DNA of 64,000 nucleotides from Candidatus Eiseniibacteriota bacterium (GTDB lineage Bacteria; Eisenbacteria; RBG-16-71-46; CAIMUX01; VGJL01). The stretch lies in assembly GCA_963792585.1 (NCBI GenBank), contig CAWBWI010000005.1, positions 96,001 through 160,000 of the forward strand, read 5' to 3'. The notes beneath the pieces are model-generated. The model did no database searches and had not been told where the DNA came from. It was given only the letters and a program-made list of their open reading frames with translations. Each line of letters opens with the position of its first letter. Within the stretch, counting starts at the first letter, position 1. Positions 1 through 11,076 of the stretch are shown one piece after another. A program made the position numbers and the translations under genes.

Positions 1-745
1 CCGAGAAGGTTCGGTTGCTGGTCAGCACGAAGACCGGAATGGAGCCCATGCGCGTCCCCGGCACGTAGGGTAGGGTCCAGAACTGGTTCGTTTCGTCCCC
101 CTCGCGCGAGTAGAAGTCGTTCAGGTGCTGCCGGCGCCCCTCGAAGAGATAGCTCGTGATCAGCTGGATCATCTCCGGGGTGCCCCCGCCGTTGTTACGC
201 AGGTCGATGATCAGGGCATCGCTGCTGGCGAGGAAGCTCATCGCCCCGACCGCGGTCGCCCCCGCATAGGAGGGCGGCATGAAACCGCGCAGATCGAGAT
301 AGCCCACGTTCCCGAGGAGGATCTCGATCTTCTGGAATCCGAAGTTCTCGTGCGCGCTCCGCCTGATCTCCGCATCGGGAGGCTCGTCGGACCCGCTGGC
401 GGTGTCGCCCAACATGGCGAACATCCTCGGATCGAATCGAACGCGCAGGTGACGGTCGATTCCGAGTCCCTGCAGGTCGGCGGTGACCGCCTCACCGAAG
501 GCGGCGGCATTGGCGGCCTCGCGATACGTCCCGGCTGCCAGGCTTTCGCGAACATGCGCGGCGATCTTTGCGGCCTTCTCGGCATCGACGTACTTCTCCT
601 CGATGACCCGCGCTAGTTTCTCGATCACCGTCGACCGCGTCGCGGCGTCCACGGGCGCCGTCGCCGGCGCCGGAGCTTGCCCGAATGCGGGACCGGTGAC
701 GCATATCAGAACCGCAGAGATCGCGGCGAGACGGATCGAATTCAT
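1..745 (-). CDS. S41 family (IRBP-like) peptidase, secreted; 3' end runs off the window
   Basis: Not in the ORF track; translated by hand. ATG at 745 after a GGAGG RBS, signal peptide MNSIRLAAISAVLICVTGPAFG, motifs GNVGYLDLRGF, DALIIDLRNNGGG and PVFVLTSNRTFS. ATGA overlap with the upstream gene's stop. Confidence 0.9.
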   Translation of the reverse strand, partial: MNSIRLAAISAVLICVTGPAFGQAPAPATAPVDAATRSTVIEKLARVIEEKYVDAEKAAKIAAHVRESLAAGTYREAANAAAFGEAVTADLQGLGIDRHLRVRFDPRMFAMLGDTASGSDEPPDAEIRRSAHENFGFQKIEILLGNVGYLDLRGFMPPSYAGATAVGAMSFLASSDALIIDLRNNGGGTPEMIQLITSYLFEGRRQHLNDFYSREGDETNQFWTLPYVPGTRMGSIPVFVLTSNRTFS

Positions 746-1734
746 CGCTTCCTCCTGCTCGCGGGGGCGGAGTCCGCATCCCGCAGGTCGAGTTTCATCG
801 TGTAAGTCGGACGACGGTAGTGATTGGGCGCGCCGGAAGGAGACGGTACGCGCGTGAAGCCCAGGCTCGCGTAGAGGTGGCTCGCGGCGACGAGCTTCTT
901 GGATGTCTGCAGAATCAGAGTGTGCACCCCCGCCGCGCGGGTCTCCGCGATTGCCGCGACGGCGAGCCGACGTCCCACGCCGCCGCCTCGGGACTGCGCG
1001 GTCACGGCCATCTTCGCCAGCTCGAAGGTCGAGGGACCGCGTCGGATCAGGGCGACGGTCCCGATCGGCCGCCCGTCGAGGAGGGCAAAGAGGATTCGGC
1101 CGCCGTCGCGGAGAATCGTCCCCTCGGGATCGGCCAGGACCTGCTCATCGATCTCTTCGACCTCGAAGTATTCCTCGAGCCACTCGCGGTTGAGCTTCGC
1201 GAACGCTCCCCTCAGGCCGCGGGCATACGGGGCGATCTCCACGCGTTCCAGTACACGGGCGAGCCTCGCCGCCCGGATCCGGTCGGCGATGCTCCGTTGG
1301 TCCAGACTCCGCTCGACGCGCCCGAGCGACTGCAGGAGGCCGGGCGCTTCGACGGCGAGCACCTCCCGCGTCGCCGATTCGATTTCCGCCCAGACCGGTT
1401 CCAGGCGGCGGCCCAGGGCCCGCCCTTTGGCGGTGAGGCGCAGGAGTCTGCGTCGATCGTCCTTCCGGTCCTTCGATGAGGTGAGGAGTCCCTTGCGCTC
1501 CATCGAGGCGGCGATCTGGTTGACGGCGGGATGGGTCACGCCCAGGGTGACGGCCATCTCCGTCACCGCCATCGGACCGCTCCCCCGCAGCAGGAAGAGG
1601 ACGGGAAACCAGCGCGGCTCGAACTCGACGCTCGCATCGGCATAGACCCGCGCGACATCCCGCATCAGCCGCTCGCTCAATCGCCGCAGGCGGCTCGCGA
1701 AGGCGAGTTCCCCCAGTGTCTGGATAAGGTCCAC
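742..1734 (-). CDS. Bifunctional MarR-family HTH regulator / GNAT acetyltransferase
   Basis: N-terminal MarR (LGELAFASRLRRLSE...THPAVNQ...DRKDDRRR) and C-terminal GNAT (FELAKMAV...RGGGVG...LYASLGF). GTG start at 1734 after GGAGGAG. Confidence 0.9.
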   Translation of the reverse strand: MDLIQTLGELAFASRLRRLSERLMRDVARVYADASVEFEPRWFPVLFLLRGSGPMAVTEMAVTLGVTHPAVNQIAASMERKGLLTSSKDRKDDRRRLLRLTAKGRALGRRLEPVWAEIESATREVLAVEAPGLLQSLGRVERSLDQRSIADRIRAARLARVLERVEIAPYARGLRGAFAKLNREWLEEYFEVEEIDEQVLADPEGTILRDGGRILFALLDGRPIGTVALIRRGPSTFELAKMAVTAQSRGGGVGRRLAVAAIAETRAAGVHTLILQTSKKLVAASHLYASLGFTRVPSPSGAPNHYRRPTYTMKLDLRDADSAPASRRKR

Positions 1735-1775
1735 CGCTCTCCTCCCTCCCATCGGACGCGGGCGCCGGGATTTCG

Positions 1776-1795
1776 TTACGTAAGCACTTACATAA
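1776..1795. promoter_or_regulatory. Inverted repeat TTACGTAAG-CA-CTTACATAA, candidate MarR operator
   Basis: AT-rich palindrome (8 of 9 arm positions match) about 40 bp upstream of the MarR-GNAT start. Confidence 0.5.
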
Positions 1796-1907
1796 TAATT
1801 TCCCGGTTCGAAGAAATCCAGCCCGATCCCGGGGATGGCGGGCGGCCCGGGCAGAATGAGCACCTGCGGGGTGACAGGCGGCATCGTCCGGCCTAGACTC
1901 CCCTGCG

Positions 1908-3672
1908 ATGCGACTCCTGCGCGAACGCTGGACGGGCGTGGTCTACGGTCTCGCGACCGCGGGGGCCGTCCTCTTTGGGCTCGTCCGTGCGATCCGGCTG
2001 CGGTGGGTCTGCGATGACGCCTTCATCACGTTCCGCTACGCGGACAACTGGATCGCCGGGCTGGGTCCGGTCTACAACGCCGGCGAACGGGTCGAGGGGT
2101 ATACCCACTTCCTCTGGCTCTGTCTGATCGCCGTCGGGCGCAGGCTGGGGGCGGACCCGGTTGCGGTCGCGCAGGCGATGGGGGTTGCCGCCTTCTGTGC
2201 CCTGATCCTTCTCTGCGCCTGGATCGCCCACGCGCTCTTCGGCAGGCAACGGGCCTATGTCCCCATGGCGGCCCTCGCGCTGGCCCTGCACTACGACATG
2301 GCCGTGTGGGCCACGGGCGGGCTCGAGACGGCCCTCTTCGCGCTCTTCGTGGGGCTCGGCTTCGCCGCGCTCGTGCTCGGGCCGGTCGAACGGCGGCTCC
2401 GTCTCGGCGCCGCGGGCCTCGCCTTCGCCCTCGGAATCCTGACACGCCCCGATGGGATCATTCCGGCGGCCGTCGCCTTCGCGTACATCGCGGCCGAGGC
2501 CGTGGTATCGCGGCGCCCTGTGCGCAAGGCGATCCTGGAATACGCCGCGTTCCCCATCCTCCTGCTCCTCCCCTATCTCGCGTGGAAGCTCTCCTACTAC
2601 GGCGGGATCCTGCCCAATACCTACTACGCCAAGTCGGGCGGCGAGACATGGTTCGGCCAGGGCTTCCTCTACATCGGGCTCTATGTGCGGGCCTACCTCT
2701 CGTCGTTCGTCTTCGCCCTGTCGATCCCGCCGCTCTTCCTCGCGATCCGCAGGAACACATGGAAGGACGACCCGAGGGATCGCGCCCTGATCCTCTCGAC
2801 CGCCATCGTCCTCGCCTATCTCATCCTCTTCGTCGCGAAGGTCGGGGGCGATTTCATGTATGCCCGATTCGTCCTGCCTGTGGTTCCCCTGATCTACCTG
2901 ACCGGCGAGATCGGCATCCGGCGGCTCTTGGACCGGCGCCCGATCCTGCTTGTGCTCCTCCTCATCGCCGTTCCCGCGCTCGTCTTTTCGGAGAGGGGCC
3001 GGCGGGATGCGCTCTACTACGACGCGGAGGGAAACCCGCGGGCGCGCTTCGGCCCCTCGGGGATCACCGACGAGCATGCCTACTACACCCGGGTCGAGGG
3101 CGGCGGGCGGAACATGATCGAGACCTACCGTGTCGTCGGCGAGCGCCTGGCGCGCTATTTCGAGGGCACGAACGTGCGCGTGCTGCTGGGCGGGCAGGCG
3201 AGCCTCGGCTACTATGGTCGTTTCGCCTATTGCCTCGAGCACTGGGGATTGACTGACCCGTACATCGCGCACCTGCCGGTCGGCAGGCGTTCGCGCCCGG
3301 GACACGAGAAGACGGCCCCCCTGGAGTACTTGACGCAGAAGGGGATCCACTTCGAATTCATGAAGCGCCCCTACCGGACGGAGCCGTATCGATCCGTCTA
3401 CTTCCGCGTCGAGGACGGCCGCATTCGTGGCGAGCTGTTCCGATGGGATCGGGCGCTGATGCGTCACCTGCGTGAGCGGTTCCCCGAGGAGGTGACCTTC
3501 GTCGACTTCGAGGCATGGCTGGACGATTGGCTGCGTGCGATGCCCGGCCGCCCGGTCGGTGAGGTGCGGCGCGACTACGAAACGCTTCGTGAATTTCTAC
3601 TTCCTCCACAACGACGATCCCGAACGGGAGGCGCGGATTCGAGCCTATTTCGGGGGGCCTGGAACCTCGTAG
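1908..3672 (+). CDS. GT-C-type polytopic membrane glycosyltransferase-like protein (probable frameshift near 3593)
   Basis: DDAFITFRYADN, GERVEGYT, GLET and TRPDG motifs with many TM helices. Removing one T in GAATTTCTAC gives the tail FYFLHNDDPEREARIRAYFGGPGTS* ending at 3672; the ORF track runs to 3776. Confidence 0.75.
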
Positions 3673-3842
3673 GGGCGGTCCCCCGGCAGGCCCCGGACTT
3701 TGGGAGGGCCCGCGGGCGCGAGCCCGCAAACACCGGGGGCGCCTTCTTTCCAGGAATGCGACCGAGGGCATGGTAAAATGGGATGGGCCTGCGCGATCCC
3801 CATGCAGGCGTCCTTGTTCGAACCGCAACCGGAGGTATCGCC

Positions 3843-6389
3843 GTGCGTCGATGGCTTCACGATTGGCATGTTTCCATCCTCGTTCTCTCCCTCATGGCAG
3901 CGGGCGCGACCGCGCTCACGCATTCGGCATGGAATCGGGTCGTGCGCGGGAAGGCCGTTCATGCGGAGTCGCCGGCGCCGACCGAGAACTGGCTGCGCGA
4001 GAAGGCGGAAGAGGAGAACAAGGAGAAGCGCGAGGCCTGGATCGAGAGCCTTCACCGCGCGGCGCCCGGCACCGACTGGCGGGCGATCGAGGCGGAAAAC
4101 CGGACTGCCGCCTTCATCGAGCGGCAGGGACGCGCCGCCGCAGGAGAACGGTCGACCTTCTGGACGGAGGTGGGTAGCGCAAACCTCGCGGGCCGAACGC
4201 ACGCGACCGCCTGGATGCCCGGCACCAACACCCTCTACGTCGGTTCCGATCTCGGCGGCGTTTGGCGCGGCAACACCGACGGGACCGGTTGGCAGGCGAT
4301 CTCCGACGGCCTCGGGATCGGCTCGCACGGGCTCGTGGCATGCCCGGGTTCCCCGCAGACGGTCGTCACGATCAACAACAACGGCAAGATCTACACGACC
4401 ACGAACGGCGGGACGACCTGGTTCGTCCCCTCCGGTTTGCCCGACACGATCTACGAGTGCGTCCGCATCCTCCGCGATGCGGCGAGCCAGCGGACCGTCT
4501 ACCTCTTGACGCGGGGGCGGACTCTGATCGGCGGAACGCTGCGAACCGGTTGGTTCGTCTCCAGGTCCGAGGATGGAGGCGTGAGCTTCGTCCTCGCGTC
4601 GGCCGAGATCCAGGTATCGCCGCGCTGCGACATCTGGATGAGTCGAAGGAGCGCGGGGCCGCTCTTCCTGATGGACGGTCCGACTCTGAAGCAGTCGATC
4701 GACCAGGGCGCCACCTTCACGACCGTCGGCACCGCCCCTCTGAGCGCCACATCCGTTCTCCTGACCGGTTCGGAAGCCGGCGCGCCGACATTCTACGCGG
4801 CGCTCAAGGTGGGCAGCGACTCATGGAAGCTCTATCGGTCGACGGACGCCGGGGTGAACTGGGAGTTCAAGTACACCATCACCGATTTCTGGGAGACCTT
4901 GACCGCCTCGATTACCAATTCGAACCTCGTGTTCATCTCCGGGGTCGAGTCCTGGCGCTCGACCAACGGCGGGACGTCCTTCGGCAAGGTGAACCAGTGG
5001 TGGCAGTATTACGACGATCCGGCCAATCGCCTGCACGCCGATCTCCCGGGAATGGAGTGCATCTGGTTCGGCGACCACGAGGAGATCTTCTTCGACACCG
5101 ATGGAGGGACCTTCGTTTCGTACGACGGCGGGGCGACGGTGCACAACATCTCGCTGCAGGGACTCGGCGTGAGCCAGTACTACAGCCTCCTGACCAGCAG
5201 CAGCGATCCGTATCTCATCGCCGCGGGCGCTCAGGACCAGGGTTACCAGCAATCCGATCCGGAGCAGGGATCGCCATACCTCAACTTCACCCAGCTCATC
5301 AGCGGCGACTACGGCCACCTGACCTCGACCACGCGCGCCCACGATTATGTCTACTCGGTCTACCCGGGATTCGTGCTGCTTCAGGTGAACGAGGCGGCGC
5401 CGCAGAATCTCTATCAGCTCGACTTCCCGCCGAGCGGAACTTGGGGCTGGATGCCGTTCATCCTGGCCGATCCGCTCGATCCGGACGTCTTCTACTTCTG
5501 CGCCGACCACCTCTGGAAGTACGAGCGCGTATCGGGCGTGAACTACTCGCAGACGATGCTGCCCCAAAACTTCGGCACGAACTACCTGACGGCGTTGGCG
5601 ATCGCCAAGTCCGACCATTCGCGTTGGTACGTCGCGAACAGCCAGGGAAGGCTCTGGTCTTCGACCGATGCCGGCGCGACGTGGACCCAGTCGTCCTCCA
5701 ACGGACCGGCCTCCCACTATTTCTACGGGACCGCTCTGCTGGTCTCCCCCACGAATCCGCTTATCGCCTATGTCGGCGGAGCGGGATACAGCGGACCGGC
5801 CGTCTACAAGACCATCGACGGCGGCGCGACCTGGACACCTATGTCCACGGGGCTTCCGAACACCCTCGTCTTCGGCCTGACGTTCGACAACGACGTCGAC
5901 CAGAACCTTTTCGCGTCGGCGGAAGCGGGTCCCTATCGCTACGACGCGGGCACCGCGACCTGGTCGAGCATCCTCGGGACCGAGGCTCCTCTGACGACCT
6001 ACTGGTGCCTGGAGAGCGTGCCGGAACTGAGCGTGGTCCGATACGGGACATACGGGCGCGGGATCTGGGACTACCGCGTCTTCGCGCCGGCATCCGCGGA
6101 CGAGATCGACTCGGCGCGGCCCGGCTTCCGTCTCGACCCGAATCCGGCGCGGGAACGGGCCACCGCCCGCTTCGACCTCGCCGCCTCGGGCCGCGTGCGG
6201 ATCGAGCTGTTCGACGTGACGGGCCGTCGCGTGACGTCCATCCTCGACGCGACGCTTCCCGCCGGTCCCCGGGAGATCGCGTTCTCCCTGACGACCGACG
6301 AGGGTCGCGCGCTCGAGTCGGGCGTCTACTTCGCCCGGATGACGTCCCCAGCCGGCGTTCGTGTCGCGAAGGTCCGGGTTCTTGGGTAG
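3843..6389 (+). CDS. Secreted BNR/Asp-box (VPS10/sortilin-like) beta-propeller protein with C-terminal FlgD/T9SS-like sorting domain
   Basis: Repeated SxDxGxTW/F Asp-boxes; LHAD, SQYY, GAQDQG and GTYGRGIW motifs; C-terminal PNP...LFDVTGRRV...SGVYFARM. GTG at 3843 follows GGAGG. Confidence 0.8.
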   Translation: MRRWLHDWHVSILVLSLMAAGATALTHSAWNRVVRGKAVHAESPAPTENWLREKAEEENKEKREAWIESLHRAAPGTDWRAIEAENRTAAFIERQGRAAAGERSTFWTEVGSANLAGRTHATAWMPGTNTLYVGSDLGGVWRGNTDGTGWQAISDGLGIGSHGLVACPGSPQTVVTINNNGKIYTTTNGGTTWFVPSGLPDTIYECVRILRDAASQRTVYLLTRGRTLIGGTLRTGWFVSRSEDGGVSFVLASAEIQVSPRCDIWMSRRSAGPLFLMDGPTLKQSIDQGATFTTVGTAPLSATSVLLTGSEAGAPTFYAALKVGSDSWKLYRSTDAGVNWEFKYTITDFWETLTASITNSNLVFISGVESWRSTNGGTSFGKVNQWWQYYDDPANRLHADLPGMECIWFGDHEEIFFDTDGGTFVSYDGGATVHNISLQGLGVSQYYSLLTSSSDPYLIAAGAQDQGYQQSDPEQGSPYLNFTQLISGDYGHLTSTTRAHDYVYSVYPGFVLLQVNEAAPQNLYQLDFPPSGTWGWMPFILADPLDPDVFYFCADHLWKYERVSGVNYSQTMLPQNFGTNYLTALAIAKSDHSRWYVANSQGRLWSSTDAGATWTQSSSNGPASHYFYGTALLVSPTNPLIAYVGGAGYSGPAVYKTIDGGATWTPMSTGLPNTLVFGLTFDNDVDQNLFASAEAGPYRYDAGTATWSSILGTEAPLTTYWCLESVPELSVVRYGTYGRGIWDYRVFAPASADEIDSARPGFRLDPNPARERATARFDLAASGRVRIELFDVTGRRVTSILDATLPAGPREIAFSLTTDEGRALESGVYFARMTSPAGVRVAKVRVLG

Positions 6390-6987
6390 TCGCGCCCGGG
6401 AGCGCTGCCCCTGGCCGGGCGCGGAACCCCTCTACGTCGCCTATCACGACGAGGAGTGGGGTGTGCCGGTCCACGACGATCGGACGCACTTCGAGTTCAT
6501 CGTTCTCGACGGGGCGCAGGCGGGGCTCTCGTGGTTCACGATCCTGCGCAAGCGCGAGAACTACCGGAAGGCGTTCGCGCGCTTCGACCCGAAGAAGGTC
6601 GCGCGTTTCGATGAGGGACGGATCGAGCAACTCCTCCTCGATCCGGGCATCGTCCGCAACCGCCAGAAGGTCGTATCCGCGGTCGCCAACGCCCGCGCGT
6701 TCCTGGCCGTGCAGAAGGAGTTCGGCGCCTTCGACGCCTACGTCTGGTCGTTCGTCGGGGGCAAGACCATCCGGAACAGCTGGACGTCGATCCGCGACAT
6801 CCCCGTCAAGACGCCGGAATCGGAGGCGTTGAGCAGGGATTTGATCCGGCGCGGCTTCCGATTCGTGGGGCCGACCATCTGCTATTCCTACATGCAGGCC
6901 GCAGGCATGGTGAACGACCACCTGACCGGGTGTTTCCGTTACCGAGAAGTATTGAAGCCGGGAGCCGGAAGGGCCGGAACGACTTGA
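6361..6987 (+). CDS. tag: DNA-3-methyladenine glycosylase I
   Basis: RCPW, YHDEEWG, QAGLSW, IVRNRQK, GFRFVGPTICYSYMQAAGMVNDH motifs. Start uncertain (6361 or 6382). Confidence 0.95.
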   Translation: MSRRSGFLGSRARERCPWPGAEPLYVAYHDEEWGVPVHDDRTHFEFIVLDGAQAGLSWFTILRKRENYRKAFARFDPKKVARFDEGRIEQLLLDPGIVRNRQKVVSAVANARAFLAVQKEFGAFDAYVWSFVGGKTIRNSWTSIRDIPVKTPESEALSRDLIRRGFRFVGPTICYSYMQAAGMVNDHLTGCFRYREVLKPGAGRAGTT

Positions 6988-7139
6988 GCCTTTCGATTGC
7001 TCTTCGGGCGGCCGAGACCATACAGTAAGGCGTTCGTCCGCCGCCGGGCCCCCGGTGGCAAGGGCCGGGAGCGTGACTCCCCCGTACCAGAGGCCAGTGA
7101 AAACTCCGATGACCGGCCGCGCGAAGGCGCGCCGGAGAG

Positions 7140-8978
7140 GTGTATTCCGTGACCGTTCCGCCGAACCAGCCGCCGAAGCCGATCATCCGCAACGAGACGA
7201 TCCGCAACATCGCGATCATCGCCCACGTCGACCACGGAAAGACCACCCTCGTCGATTCGATGCTCAAGCAAAGCGGCATCTTCCGTGAGAACGAGGCGAC
7301 GGTCGAACGGATGATGGATTCCAACGAGCTGGAACGCGAGCGCGGCATCACGATCCTCGCCAAGACGACCGGGATTCACTACAAGGGGGTGAAGATCAAC
7401 ATTGTCGACACCCCGGGGCACAGCGACTTCGGCGGAGAGGTCGAGCGGGCGCTCAAGATCGTCGACGGAGTGATGCTCCTCGTCGACGCGAGCGAGGGTC
7501 CCCTGCCGCAGACGCGGTATGTGCTGATGAAGGCCCTCGAGGCGAAACTTCCCCCCATCGTCGTCATCAACAAGATCGATCGGATCGACTCGCGGATCCA
7601 GGATGTCCTGAACGAGATCTACGATCTCTTCATCGATCTCGATGCGACGGAGGATCAACTCGACTTCCCCGTGATCTATACGAACGCGCGCGCCGGAATC
7701 GCAAAGGTCGCGATGGACGGTCCGGACCTGGACCTGCGGGTCCTCTTCGACGCGATCCTGGAATCGATCCCGGCGCCCGCGGGGGATCCCGACGAGATCC
7801 TGGAGATGCTCGTGGCCAACCTCGACTACAGCGACTACCTCGGCCGGATGGCGATCTGCCGCGTCTTCGCGGGCACGCTGCACAGCGGCGACGAGGTGGG
7901 CATCGCGCGGCTCGACGGATCGCTCCACAAGACGAAGATCACCAAGCTCTACTCGTTCGAGGGGCTCAAGAGGATCGACGAGACGACCGGCCGTCCGGGA
8001 GACATCCTGGCGATCGCGGGGGTCGAGGGCATCGAGATCGGCGAAACGGTCACGGATGCGCTGACGCCGCGGGTGCTGCCCAATATCCAGATCGACGAGC
8101 CGACGATCGCCATGATCTTCACGATCAACACCTCCCCTCTGTACGGACGCGAGGGGACCATGGTCACATCGCGGAACCTGCGCGAGCGGCTCGAGAAGGA
8201 GTTGCTCACCAACGTCTCGATCCAGGTGGAGGACGGCGACGGCCCGGACAGCTTCAACGTGAAGGGGCGGGGCGAGCTGCAGCTGGCCATCCTGATCGAG
8301 ATGATGCGCCGCGAAGGATACGAGCTGATGGTCGGCAAGCCGGAGATCCTCACCAAGACGATCGACGGCAAGATCCACGAGCCGATCGAGCTTCTGGTCA
8401 TCGACTGCCCGGAGCAATTCCTCGGCGTCGTCATCGAGAAGCTTGGTTCCAGGCGCGGGAAGATGATGAAGATGGTCAACCACGGGTCCGGTCGCGTCCG
8501 GCTCGACTTCCACATTCCCTCAAGGGGACTGATCGGCCTTCGCAGCGATCTGTTGACCGATACGCGGGGCACGGCGTTGATCCACTCGCTGTTCCACGGC
8601 TACGCGGAGTGGCAGGGAGACATCCCGACACGGGCGACGGGATCGCTCGTCGCCGACCGTGGGGGGAAAGCGACCGGGTTCGCGATTCACAACATCCAGG
8701 AGCGCGGCACGATATTCATCTCTCCAGGCACCGAGGTCTACGAGGGGATGATCATCGGCGAAAACGCGCGCACGAAGGACATGGACGTCAATATCACGAA
8801 GGAGAAGCGGCTGTCGAACATGCGCGCCTCGGGTGCCGATGACGCGATCCGCCTCGTGCCCCCGCGCGTGCTGAGCCTCGAACAGGCGATCGAGTTCATC
8901 CGTGAGGACGAGTTCGTCGAGGTCACGCCGGTTTCCATCCGGTTGCGGAAGAAGGTCCTGCGCGCGGTCGAGCGGTAG
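7140..8978 (+). CDS. typA: Translational GTPase TypA/BipA
   Basis: [51 protein letters not shown] and C-terminal [11 protein letters not shown]. Confidence 0.97.
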   Translation: MYSVTVPPNQPPKPIIRNETIRNIAIIAHVDHGKTTLVDSMLKQSGIFRENEATVERMMDSNELERERGITILAKTTGIHYKGVKINIVDTPGHSDFGGEVERALKIVDGVMLLVDASEGPLPQTRYVLMKALEAKLPPIVVINKIDRIDSRIQDVLNEIYDLFIDLDATEDQLDFPVIYTNARAGIAKVAMDGPDLDLRVLFDAILESIPAPAGDPDEILEMLVANLDYSDYLGRMAICRVFAGTLHSGDEVGIARLDGSLHKTKITKLYSFEGLKRIDETTGRPGDILAIAGVEGIEIGETVTDALTPRVLPNIQIDEPTIAMIFTINTSPLYGREGTMVTSRNLRERLEKELLTNVSIQVEDGDGPDSFNVKGRGELQLAILIEMMRREGYELMVGKPEILTKTIDGKIHEPIELLVIDCPEQFLGVVIEKLGSRRGKMMKMVNHGSGRVRLDFHIPSRGLIGLRSDLLTDTRGTALIHSLFHGYAEWQGDIPTRATGSLVADRGGKATGFAIHNIQERGTIFISPGTEVYEGMIIGENARTKDMDVNITKEKRLSNMRASGADDAIRLVPPRVLSLEQAIEFIREDEFVEVTPVSIRLRKKVLRAVER

Positions 8979-8987
8979 TCCCGACCG

Positions 8988-10931
8988 CTACCTCAAGACT
9001 CGCACGGAGAAAGAGCCCTCCCAGATCGTTCTCGGATCGCTCTCGCCGTCGTCCCGGCGGAGCGCGTCGAGGCGCAGGATCGGCTCGAGAGCGGCGAGGC
9101 CCTCCCATCGCAGGTCGGCGGAGACGCCGCGGGTGGTGAGATCGGGCACGGCGCCCGGGCGATCCACCGTGGAGAAGATCCCGTGCGCTCCCGCGACGAG
9201 GTCCCGCATCGGACGCGCGGAGAGCGAAACGCTCGCGAGCCGGTCACGAATGCGCCCCTCCGCCCAGGTGATCGCCTCGACCTCGCGAACCGCGCGATAG
9301 AAGAACGTCAATCCGCAGCGCTCCCGCGTGCCGCCCGCGCGCTCCAGCCTTCGCACGCCGGCCCAGAAGCGCCACCCTTCCCGGTTCTCTTCATAGGTCA
9401 GGGCCCCGTAGGTGGGCGCGAAGTGGTTCTCCGTGCGCAGGCGGTGCGCTTCCCCCCAGAAAACTTCCCGGCCCAGCGGCTCCTCGCAGAGCAGTCCTGC
9501 GCGGTAACCGATGGCGTCTCGGGCCGGTTGCTTCCGGCTCGCGCGATCGCGGCGCCAATCGACGTACTCCGCATCTGCGGTGAGCCCCCTCCAAGGTCCC
9601 GCGCGGCCGAGCAGAAACCACCCCCGCTCGTCCGTTGGGGCCGGACGGACGTAGCCGCCCTCCCCGATGCTCCTTTGATCGTCGCCGATCGTGAGGTATC
9701 CCGCACGCAGGCCGAGCGGGGTCGGGAGTTCGAAGCGCGGATCGAGCGCGCCGGGGGCGCCGAGGTCGATCGATACGCCGCCCAGGGTCCGCCGGAATCG
9801 GGCCTTCTGCGTCTCGCCCGGTCCCGCGGTCGTCAGGATCCTCCTCTCCCAATGCGGGACCGCCACGAAGCCGCGCAGGCGAGCGAATCGGCGGGACCAA
9901 GCGGCGGTCGCCCCCTCGAACGTGTAGGCTGGGCCGAGGACTTCGAGGCTGTACTGCTGCAATCCGGCTCCACCGCCGCCGCCACACCCGCATCCGGACG
10001 CGCCCCCGAGCGGGGGCGCATCGTCGGCGTCCCACCGCTGCAGAAGCAGCGGAGAGAGGCGCAGAGGATAGGCGCCCAGGATCCCGGAGAAGCGTCCGAT
10101 GCGCACGTTCAGGCTCGCCGTGCCGTGCGGGCTCGCAAGTTGCTCGGCCCCCTCCGTCAGGACCGCATCCGTCTCATTGCTGACCCGGAGCCAGGGAACG
10201 AATTCGATGCCGCGGGCAAGGGGCCAGGTCATGCGCAGGTCGAAACGGGTCAGCAGGGCTGCGCCGTTTTCGAGCGTCTCGCCGTTGAGACCGATCTCCC
10301 CCGCCCGCGCGCCTTCCGTGCTGAGGAATCGAATCCGGCCATCGATCGAGAGATCCGGCCATGCAGGGATCGCCGACGACGACGGTCCGGCCGAAGCGAT
10401 CGCGGCGGGACGGCCGAGCGCGTCGATCGCCGCGGGCATGACCGGCTCGATCAGATTCGGGATCTGATCGTCGAAGAGGGACCGGATCTTCCCCGCGCGA
10501 TCGATGACGAAGACGCCGAGGTGGCGAATCCCGAGATCATAGTCGGCGGCCGTGCCGGCCGTCGCGTCCCACAGATGCGGCACGGGAACCTCTCGGTCCC
10601 AGAGCAGATCCTTCAGCGCCTGCGGATCGTCGGGGCCGAACAGAATCCCCACGACCTGTCCACCGCGGGGCGCGAGCGAGTCGGCCAGCTCGTTCATCCC
10701 GAGCGCGACCTGCGTGCAGCGCGGGCAGCCGCGATTCCAGATCACGAGGACGGTCGCGTCGCTCTGCGCGTAGATCGCCGACGAGGCGGCGGAGCCGTCG
10801 CCCTGCAGCCACGGCAGGTCGAAGGCGGGCGCCGGATCCCCGGGCGCGAGCGCGAACGCAGAACCGGCGGTTATACACAGAATGAGAATGATCAAGAAGG
10901 GCTGCCTCAAGGGAAATGCTGCGTGGCTCAC
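8988..10931 (-). CDS. Secreted TlpA/AhpC-like redoxin (CxxC) fused to a probable outer-membrane beta-barrel domain
   Basis: Signal peptide; PGDPAPAFDL...WNRGCPRC...FVIDRAGKIR redoxin fold; C-terminal region with alternating amphipathic strands. GTG at 10931 after GGAGGTG. Confidence 0.65.
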   Translation of the reverse strand: MSHAAFPLRQPFLIILILCITAGSAFALAPGDPAPAFDLPWLQGDGSAASSAIYAQSDATVLVIWNRGCPRCTQVALGMNELADSLAPRGGQVVGILFGPDDPQALKDLLWDREVPVPHLWDATAGTAADYDLGIRHLGVFVIDRAGKIRSLFDDQIPNLIEPVMPAAIDALGRPAAIASAGPSSSAIPAWPDLSIDGRIRFLSTEGARAGEIGLNGETLENGAALLTRFDLRMTWPLARGIEFVPWLRVSNETDAVLTEGAEQLASPHGTASLNVRIGRFSGILGAYPLRLSPLLLQRWDADDAPPLGGASGCGCGGGGGAGLQQYSLEVLGPAYTFEGATAAWSRRFARLRGFVAVPHWERRILTTAGPGETQKARFRRTLGGVSIDLGAPGALDPRFELPTPLGLRAGYLTIGDDQRSIGEGGYVRPAPTDERGWFLLGRAGPWRGLTADAEYVDWRRDRASRKQPARDAIGYRAGLLCEEPLGREVFWGEAHRLRTENHFAPTYGALTYEENREGWRFWAGVRRLERAGGTRERCGLTFFYRAVREVEAITWAEGRIRDRLASVSLSARPMRDLVAGAHGIFSTVDRPGAVPDLTTRGVSADLRWEGLAALEPILRLDALRRDDGESDPRTIWEGSFSVRVLR

Positions 10932-11076
10932 GGTCACCTCCCGCTCCGGAATAGCACTCCGTCGGCGGCGCCGCAAGCGGCCTCCGCGATCGCCGCGGCG
11001 AGCCGTCTTTCTCTGGAGAGAGGCGCCTTGTTGGCTCCGCGGCGTGGTGGTACGATCTTCGCCGGAGGACAGACTT

